From assembly GCA_018676275.1 (NCBI GenBank), contig JABHFC010000440.1:1-41136 (forward strand): a stretch of 41,136 bases of DNA, given 5' to 3'. The position numbers and the translations under genes were made by a program. This document shows, piece by piece, positions 34,965 to 41,136 of the stretch (position 1 is its first letter; each line of letters starts with the position of its first letter). This DNA is from Gammaproteobacteria bacterium (GTDB taxonomy: Bacteria > Pseudomonadota > Gammaproteobacteria > Eutrophobiales > Eutrophobiaceae). The notes beneath the pieces are model-generated. The model did not search any database. It saw only the letters and a program-made list of their open reading frames with translations, and had not been told where the DNA came from.

Positions 34965-37243
34965 TAGAGTGAACTATATTTTTCACGCAGGCGTTGGCGC
35001 ACAAGTTCTGCGACAGTGTTGACGACAAATGTAGCAGCGAACAAAACCAGTCCGGCTAGAAAAAGAATACGATAATGCGTACTGTTAACTTCTGCCTCCG
35101 GCATTTCCACGGCAATGTTTGCAGATAGTGCCCGAAAGCCCTGAAACATATTCATGTCCATAATGGCAGTATTGCCAGTAGCCATCACCACGATCATGGT
35201 TTCACCGACGGCACGTCCAAGACCTATCATGACCGCGGAAAATATGCCCGGGCTGGCGGTAAGCAGAATTACTTTAATCATGGTTTGCCAGGGAGTTGCC
35301 CCCAAAGCCAGAGAGCCCATGGTCAGGTGTCGCGGTACGGCGTAAATTGCATCTTCGCTTATCGAAAAAATAGTCGGGATGACTGCAAAACCAATAGCAA
35401 TTCCGACAATTAGTGAATTGCGTTGGTCATAAGTGATACCAAAATTTTCGGTTATCCATAAAGGTGTATTTCCATCAAATAGTAATAATTCCACCGGCTG
35501 ACTCAGCCAGATGCTAAACATTATTGCCAGGATAATAATCGGTGTAAGTATTGCAGCTTCCCAACCATCGGGAACGGACTTGCGTAAATTTTCAGGTAAT
35601 GACTGCCAAATGCGTGCACTCGCCAATATTGCCAGGGGTACCAGTAGCATAACCAGAAAAAAACCAGGTAGATGTTGTTCAATAAAGGGCGCAAACCAGA
35701 GTCCTGCCATAAAACCGAGAATAACTGTGGGTAAGGCTGCCATGATTTCAATAGTCGGTTTGACAACATTACGCATGCGCGCAGACATAAAGTAGGCAGT
35801 GTAGATTGCGCCCATTATTGCCAAAGGCACAGCAAACAACATGGCATACAGGGCTGCTTTCAATGTACCAAATGCCAATGGTGTAAGACTGAACTTCGGC
35901 TCAAAATCACTGCTTGCAGAGGAGGATTGCCAGATGAACTCAGCTTTTTCCCGGCTTTCGTACCAGACTTTTCCCCAAATGGATTGCCAGGAGATTTCGG
36001 GATGTTCGTTATCAAGCAAAAAGAATTTCAAGCCACCTGAGTTGTTCTCTACCAGCATGGCATTCGCCCTTGGTGCAACGGCCAACTGGGTAAGTGCTTC
36101 TTCAGAAATTTGCTCTAGCTTGACCGTACGATGGGCGGTGGTGTGATAGATCCCCACAGTCCCCTGTTTATCTATTGCGAGAAATCCTTTACGAAAATAC
36201 TCAGCAGCGATACCTGTAATACTTTCTTTTTGTGAATCGAAATGGCGAATATGTTGGAGCGTATAATTGTTTTCAGCATCCCGTACCGGGAACCACTGGG
36301 CAATACGTCCACTACTATCTCCAACCAGGATGGAGATTCCGCCACCCAGAAATTTAAGACTGGATACCCGGCGATCTTCTGAGACTGCATGTACACGCTG
36401 AATTAATCTTGGTGCAGTTTTATCAGTGAGATTGTAATAGGAGATAAAGCCCTCAGCATCGGCGATGTATAATTCATTTTGTTCAATATCCAGAACTACG
36501 TGAGTGAGTTCGTGTTGAAAAGGAATCAGGCTCTGTGTGCGAATGATTTCAACTTCATCACTGAGGAAAGATTCCTCCCTGCTAAAATTGGTTAAAGATA
36601 TTATTGAATCATTTGTTACTGCGACAATAGTTGCCTGCTCACCATCCCACTGTGCTGTTAGATGTTTAATCGCTGCATTAGCGGGGCTGATTAGTAAAGG
36701 TTCATTGCCAAGAGGAAATTCGATCACCGGCGTAATAAGTCGAACATCATTGGGGTAGCTAATCCGGTAATTATGGGAAGCCAATACAACAGTACCGTCA
36801 CTCAGGCCAAGTGAAAGCAATCTTTCTGTTGGATCGCCGGCAGAAAAAGCGGTGATTGCCTGGTCTGTAGTTTCAATAAGCGCTTTTTGTTTAACAGTAC
36901 TCCCCGAAAGTGTGTCAAAAAAGATTGCCTGTCCAGCAGTAGTGACGCGTAATCCAATTTCATGCTGTTCTTCCATGGCGTAATAGAGTGATTCTTCAGA
37001 ATCATTTCCCGGCAATTGATAGCTGGCTGCAAGCTCAATATCAGCCGGCTTGAACATGGGTAGTACAACATAGAGCAGATAAAAAGCGATGAGGACGATG
37101 GCGATTATGACGCTGATGCCACCAATTGCCATCAGGTAACGTGTAGTCGTGTCTGTGATATTACGCCAGTGTCGATGACGCAAAGCGGCTGCGGAATTAA
37201 AATCCGGTAAAAGTGAATCTGTGTTGGTTTCAGCCTGTGACAT
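34964..37243 (-). CDS. pstC: phosphate ABC transporter permease PstC (long form)
   Basis: 759 aa. The C-terminal permease core has [20 protein letters not shown] domain of about 390 aa lies between TM1 and the core. Confidence 0.9.
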   Translation of the reverse strand: MSQAETNTDSLLPDFNSAAALRHRHWRNITDTTTRYLMAIGGISVIIAIVLIAFYLLYVVLPMFKPADIELAASYQLPGNDSEESLYYAMEEQHEIGLRVTTAGQAIFFDTLSGSTVKQKALIETTDQAITAFSAGDPTERLLSLGLSDGTVVLASHNYRISYPNDVRLITPVIEFPLGNEPLLISPANAAIKHLTAQWDGEQATIVAVTNDSIISLTNFSREESFLSDEVEIIRTQSLIPFQHELTHVVLDIEQNELYIADAEGFISYYNLTDKTAPRLIQRVHAVSEDRRVSSLKFLGGGISILVGDSSGRIAQWFPVRDAENNYTLQHIRHFDSQKESITGIAAEYFRKGFLAIDKQGTVGIYHTTAHRTVKLEQISEEALTQLAVAPRANAMLVENNSGGLKFFLLDNEHPEISWQSIWGKVWYESREKAEFIWQSSSASSDFEPKFSLTPLAFGTLKAALYAMLFAVPLAIMGAIYTAYFMSARMRNVVKPTIEIMAALPTVILGFMAGLWFAPFIEQHLPGFFLVMLLVPLAILASARIWQSLPENLRKSVPDGWEAAILTPIIILAIMFSIWLSQPVELLLFDGNTPLWITENFGITYDQRNSLIVGIAIGFAVIPTIFSISEDAIYAVPRHLTMGSLALGATPWQTMIKVILLTASPGIFSAVMIGLGRAVGETMIVVMATGNTAIMDMNMFQGFRALSANIAVEMPEAEVNSTHYRILFLAGLVLFAATFVVNTVAELVRQRLREKYSSL

Positions 37244-37314
37244 TCGGGCAGTGTAAAGGGCAATTGTGACAGTATTGTTAAGGCGCTAATAATTTGTAGA
37301 GGAAGGTACATCAT

Positions 37315-37377
37315 GCCCCGCAAAATGCGGGGCTTGATGTGTGACAGGAGGTATACCGGAGGAGTGAAATACCTCCT
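37315..37377 (-). terminator. two intercistronic stem-loops between pstS and pstC (partial terminator / mRNA stabiliser)
   Basis: AGGAGGTAT-N14-ATACCTCCT (37346-37377) and GCCCCGC-AAAAT-GCGGGGC (37315-37333). Neither has a clear U-tract. Confidence 0.4.
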
Positions 37378-37383
37378 TGCAGC

Positions 37384-38367
37384 TTATTTTCCAGCTAAGT
37401 CCAGATCGGCTAATTGCTTAGCAGCGACTTTACCTGGCAGAGGGATGTAGCCATCTTTCACCACTACTTTCTGGCCAGCCTGAGATAGCACCATTTTGAC
37501 AAATTCGCTTTCCAGCGGAGCAAGTGGCTTGTTCGGATGCTTATTGACATAGACATAAAGGAAGCGCCCGAGTGGGTATTTACCACTAGATGCATTCTCC
37601 GGGGTGGCATCAATGAATACTGAGTCAGGCTTTTTCGCCAATGCGACTGCACGTACACCCGATGTCTTATAGCCAATACCGGAATAACCAATACCATTAA
37701 TAGATTTGGTAATACCCTGTACAACAGAAGCAGAACCGGGCTGTTCGTTTACGGTATTTTTGAAGTCACCTTTACATAGCGCTTTTTTCTTGAAGTAGCC
37801 ATAGGTGCCGGAAACCGAATTGCGTCCATATAATTGAACCGGACGATTCGACCAGTCTCCACTTAAACCTAACTGTCCCCAGGTGTTCAGATCTTCACTG
37901 TAGGCGCATTTTCTTGTAGCGGAAAAAAGAGCGTCAACCTGAGGAATGGTAAGTCCTTTTATCGGGTTGTCTTTATTCACATAAACTGCCAATGCATCAA
38001 TAGCAACTGCAATTGCCGTAGGCTTGTAGCCATATTTTGATTCGAAAGATGCCAGTTCCTTGTCTTTCATTTTGCGGCTCATCGGACCGAAATTGGAGGT
38101 GCCTTCAGTCAGGGCTGGTGGCGCAGTGGATGAACCTGCTGCCTGGATTTGGACATTAACATTAGGGTATAGCCTTTTGAATTCCTCTGCCCACAGAGTC
38201 ATCAGGTTCGCCAATGTATCTGAGCCGACGCTGATGATACTGCCGGATACACCGCTGGCCTTTTCATATTGCGGCAAGGTCGAATCGACCATCGATTCGG
38301 AGTAGGTGGTTGGTGCTATTAGACCTAATATCAGCACACCCAATAATAGTTGAATTTGTTTTTTCAT
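37384..38367 (-). CDS. pstS: phosphate ABC transporter substrate-binding protein PstS
   Basis: Signal peptide [23 protein letters not shown], then [16 protein letters not shown] and SGTYGYF motifs of PstS/PBP-like_2 proteins. I prefer the ATG at 38367 to the TTG at 38385 used by the track. Confidence 0.85.
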   Translation of the reverse strand: MKKQIQLLLGVLILGLIAPTTYSESMVDSTLPQYEKASGVSGSIISVGSDTLANLMTLWAEEFKRLYPNVNVQIQAAGSSTAPPALTEGTSNFGPMSRKMKDKELASFESKYGYKPTAIAVAIDALAVYVNKDNPIKGLTIPQVDALFSATRKCAYSEDLNTWGQLGLSGDWSNRPVQLYGRNSVSGTYGYFKKKALCKGDFKNTVNEQPGSASVVQGITKSINGIGYSGIGYKTSGVRAVALAKKPDSVFIDATPENASSGKYPLGRFLYVYVNKHPNKPLAPLESEFVKMVLSQAGQKVVVKDGYIPLPGKVAAKQLADLDLAGK

Positions 38368-38427
38368 TTGCTCAAGCTTCTCCAAAAATAGTGTTATGAA
38401 TGTCAGCGTCGAAGTTGCCAGCCATCA

Positions 38428-38466
38428 ATGACACAAATATTAACGAAATATGACAGTTTCAAGACA
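38428..38466 (-). promoter_or_regulatory. Pho boxes of the pstS promoter
   Basis: The minus strand reads TGTCTT-N5-TGTCAT-N5-GTTAAT-N5-TGTCAT: four half-sites with an exact 11-bp period, 61-99 nt upstream of the pstS ATG. Confidence 0.7.
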
Positions 38467-38491
38467 AGGCCGAAAAGAGCTGTTGCCGGGG

Positions 38492-39808
38492 TCAAATGCT
38501 GAGGGGAATTGAATCAGGTTGAACAATTAGATCTACAGGAAAGTCACAACGAAAAGTACTACCCCGACCTATAGCACTTTCAATCTCCAGTGTTGCCCTA
38601 TGCTTTACCAACACATGTTTGACAATGGCAAGGCCGAGGCCGGTGCCACCTTTATCGCGAGAACGACCCGGGTCAACCCGATAAAAACGTTCAGTCAGGC
38701 GTGAGATATGCTCGGGGGCAATACCTTCACCACTATCAGTCGCGGCAAAATGGGCTCCGTTGTTGTCCTGGTACCAGTCAATCTGAATATCAGATCCTTT
38801 GGGTGAATATTTTACGGCATTAAAAACCAGGTTAGAAAAAGCACTGTGCAGGTCTTTTTCGTCACCTTTTAGCCATAGCTCAGGGTCTATGTCGAAAGTG
38901 ATCTTGTGCGGGTTGAGACCACCACTTAATTGAATCGCCTCCTGACAGATGGATGTAATTATATCGGGTACATTAATCCGCTTCTCTGAACTGGGTTTTT
39001 GTTCCGACTCTAACGATGCCAGTTTCAGCAGACTTTCAATCATAGTTCGCATCCTGTCCGCCTGTCTGCGCATTCGTGAGATCTGATCCTGCCAGACTGT
39101 TGGCGAACCGTTATCGTCATCACTAAAGGCTTCAAGATAGCCCGATATGACGGTTAGCGGCGTACGTAATTCGTGCGAAGCGTTGGCGATGAAGTCGGTT
39201 CGCATTTGATTAATACGATGGAGTTTCGTTATGTTGCGTGCCACCAGCAATCGTTGGTTGTTACCATAAGGAGAAACACGAATCTCCAGTTGTAACTCAG
39301 CATCAGCTGGCGCAACTATTTCTATGTGTTTTTCCGGTGAATGTTTACTTGCATCTTCCAGGAAAGATAACAATTCGGGGTAACGGATTAGGTTTGAAAT
39401 ACGTTGTTCAGAATCCTGTGGCCAGCGTACACCGATATATTTGCGGGCTTTTTCGTTAGCCCATTCAATTTTGTCATTTTCACCCAGGACAACTATTGCA
39501 TCAGGAAGTGCAGCAACGGCTTTCTGAAAACGTTTCAGATAGTTTGATAATTTTTTTTTGCGTTTATTGTGACGCGAACGGCGGTAGTCAAATTCCCTGG
39601 CGATTTGGTCAACCAGGCCGGAGTGTTCTGGAGTTTCGTGTTGACTGCGTTTTTGTAGCCATAGCAGCAATTGTTTGAACGCCCGATATTGCCAGTAAAC
39701 ATAGCCGGATAGACCTGTGAGTAGACAAAGAAGAATTTGCCCTGTGAGTAGTCCGATAATGAAACTACCAGACATGACAGCAAGTAATCGCCAGAGATCC
39801 TCTTTCAT
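38492..39808 (-). CDS. phoR: phosphate regulon sensor histidine kinase PhoR
   Basis: 438 aa with two N-terminal TM segments, a PAS-like region, the H-box FIANASHELRTPLT, and N/G boxes (NAVKYSP, DSGEGI, GGTGLGLAIV). It lies 3 nt downstream of phoB. Confidence 0.9.
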   Translation of the reverse strand: MKEDLWRLLAVMSGSFIIGLLTGQILLCLLTGLSGYVYWQYRAFKQLLLWLQKRSQHETPEHSGLVDQIAREFDYRRSRHNKRKKKLSNYLKRFQKAVAALPDAIVVLGENDKIEWANEKARKYIGVRWPQDSEQRISNLIRYPELLSFLEDASKHSPEKHIEIVAPADAELQLEIRVSPYGNNQRLLVARNITKLHRINQMRTDFIANASHELRTPLTVISGYLEAFSDDDNGSPTVWQDQISRMRRQADRMRTMIESLLKLASLESEQKPSSEKRINVPDIITSICQEAIQLSGGLNPHKITFDIDPELWLKGDEKDLHSAFSNLVFNAVKYSPKGSDIQIDWYQDNNGAHFAATDSGEGIAPEHISRLTERFYRVDPGRSRDKGGTGLGLAIVKHVLVKHRATLEIESAIGRGSTFRCDFPVDLIVQPDSIPLSI

Positions 39809-39811
39809 AAA

Positions 39812-40498
39812 CTATTTACTGGAAAAGCGATACCCTACGCTGCGAACCGTCTGGATGAACTTGTCGTAGTTATAGGGAGCAAGTGTTTGTCGGAGCCTTC
39901 GAATGTGTACATCAACAGTACGTTCTTCAACATAGACATTTTGTCCCCAGACCTGGTCCAGTAGTTGTGTACGGCTATATACCCGTTCCGGGTGGGTAAT
40001 AAAAAACTGTAGCAGACGAAATTCAGTGGGACTGATTTCAATAGTTTCTTCATTCGCTGTGACCCGGTAGGTTTCCGGATCCAGCGTTAATCCTTCAACC
40101 TGGATCAGTCCCTGTGCTTTATCTTGATCAGAGCGCCGCAATACTGCACGTATTCTTGCCAAAAGTTCTTTTGTTGAAAAAGGCTTGGTGATGTAATCGT
40201 CGGCACCGATGTCCAGGGCACGCACTTTATCCGTCTCATCACTTCTGGCGGTTAACATGATGATGGGAATGGATTTGGTTTCCGGGTTATTCCTTAAACG
40301 GCGTGCGTAATCAACACCACTAACGCCAGGTAACATCCAGTCAAGCAAAATCAGATCGGGTTTATCTCGTGAAATTATTTCCTGGGCCTGATCAACATCG
40401 GCAGCTTCTTCGAATGCATAGGCGTTTTTCATCAGGGTATAGCCCAGCATCTCGCGGATGGCGGCCTCATCCTCGACGATGAGAATTTTTCCTTTCAT
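39812..40498 (-). CDS. phoB: phosphate regulon response regulator PhoB
   Basis: Receiver domain (KILIVEDE ... DLILLDWMLPG) plus an OmpR/PhoB winged helix (VDVHIRRLR ... IQTVRSVGYRF). I chose the ATG at 40498 (228 aa). The track's GTG at 40522 would sit at the predicted transcription start of the Pho-box promoter. Confidence 0.9.
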   Translation of the reverse strand: MKGKILIVEDEAAIREMLGYTLMKNAYAFEEAADVDQAQEIISRDKPDLILLDWMLPGVSGVDYARRLRNNPETKSIPIIMLTARSDETDKVRALDIGADDYITKPFSTKELLARIRAVLRRSDQDKAQGLIQVEGLTLDPETYRVTANEETIEISPTEFRLLQFFITHPERVYSRTQLLDQVWGQNVYVEERTVDVHIRRLRQTLAPYNYDKFIQTVRSVGYRFSSK

Positions 40499-40545
40499 GG
40501 ATTTAGCATTTTGGTCAAACACCCGAAATATTAAACAGTGCCGAT

Positions 40546-40562
40546 GTTACAGTTTAATGACA
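40546..40562 (-). promoter_or_regulatory. Pho box of the phoBR promoter
   Basis: The minus strand reads TGTCAT-TAAAC-TGTAAC, followed 12 bp later by the -10-like TAATAT (complement of 40528-40533). Confidence 0.65.
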
Positions 40563-40625
40563 AGGACGTAATTGTGTCCGGTTAAAAGTCCAGTATTCCC
40601 CTCTTTTTCGGAAAAGCCGGGTTTT

Positions 40626-40675
40626 TGTCATATTTTTGTCACATATATTTCATTTATTTGTAACGCAAGAGTCAT
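40626..40675 (+). promoter_or_regulatory. array of five phased Pho half-sites upstream of the porin gene
   Basis: TGTCAT-ATTTT-TGTCAC-ATATA-TTTCAT-TTATT-TGTAAC-GCAAG-AGTCAT: hexamers at 40626, 40637, 40648, 40659 and 40670 (exact 11-bp period). Confidence 0.7.
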
Positions 40676-40782
40676 TTCGTCTTAACAGATCGCCATTAAT
40701 CTTCTCTTCCAGATTTCACATCTTTATTCCAATTCGGATATGAAGATAACAAATTGATTATAGACTTAAGAGGAGATATTTG

Positions 40783-41136
40783 GTGAGAATTAACTATAGA
40801 TTAAAGACAGCTTTAATAACGGTAGTAATGGGGTTTGTATTGTCACTTTCAGGTCCTGCATATGCGATGAATGATGCGATGCTGGATTTGCTAAAGATAT
40901 TAAGAGACAAAGGCAGTTTAACTAATGATGAATACAGCTTGCTGGTTAATGCTGCAAAGGCAGATACCGAAAAAGCTGAGGCAGCTACCACTAAACTGGT
41001 TGCAAAGGTGGATGAGACAAGCCAGAGCCTGCCGAAGATTACGACAAAAGGGAAACTGAAAATTGAGTCAGCAGACGGTCAACATTCCTTTCAGCCAATA
41101 GGTCGGGTTTTCTGGGACACGGTCAGGGTTGACGAT
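40783..41136 (+). CDS. phosphate-selective porin O/P family protein, 5' part (runs off the right edge)
   Basis: GTG start 6 nt after AGGAGA. It has a signal peptide (LITVVMGFVLSLSGPAYA) and an N-terminal LLKILRDKGSLTNDEY helix. This is followed by TTKGKLKIESADGQHSFQPIGRVFWD, typical of OprO/OprP-type porins. It lies directly downstream of Pho boxes. Confidence 0.7.
   Translation, partial: MRINYRLKTALITVVMGFVLSLSGPAYAMNDAMLDLLKILRDKGSLTNDEYSLLVNAAKADTEKAEAATTKLVAKVDETSQSLPKITTKGKLKIESADGQHSFQPIGRVFWDTVRVDD

Overview
This is a 41.1-kb chromosomal window, probably from a marine gammaproteobacterium (inferred from gene content: cfa, mltC, ilvD, djlA, pstSCAB-phoU, phoBR, OprO/P-type porin). Most genes lie on the minus strand. 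The window has five blocks. (1) 1-3.3 kb holds envelope housekeeping genes: cfa, an MltC-like lipoprotein and a UrcA-family secreted protein. (2) 3.4-25.2 kb is an accessory catabolic island. It carries three enolase-superfamily (MR/MLE) paralogues, two Zn-dependent alcohol dehydrogenases, a quinohaemoprotein PQQ alcohol dehydrogenase, an MBL-fold hydrolase, an ACS-type MFS permease, a class-V aminotransferase, an HpcH-family aldolase, a TonB-dependent receptor and one AraC-family regulator. The island is interrupted by ilvD and by a DUF3604 / parvulin-like / HupE-UreJ operon. Three minus-strand promoters of the island carry the same 41-bp element at an identical distance from a -10 hexamer. 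(3) 25.2-27.7 kb holds a peptidase-E-like gene, djlA and a SAM methyltransferase. (4) 28.07-31.71 kb looks AT-richer by eye and is an array of eight ORF + attC units with no integrase anywhere in the window, that is, an integron-type CALIN. Its cargo is mostly small membrane proteins I cannot assign to a family. (5) 31.7-41.1 kb is the Pho block: phoU-pstBACS and phoR-phoB with phased Pho boxes, plus the 5' end of a phosphate-selective porin gene. I saw no rRNA, tRNA or CRISPR array. All calls come from reading the sequence and the ORF track by eye; no searches were run.
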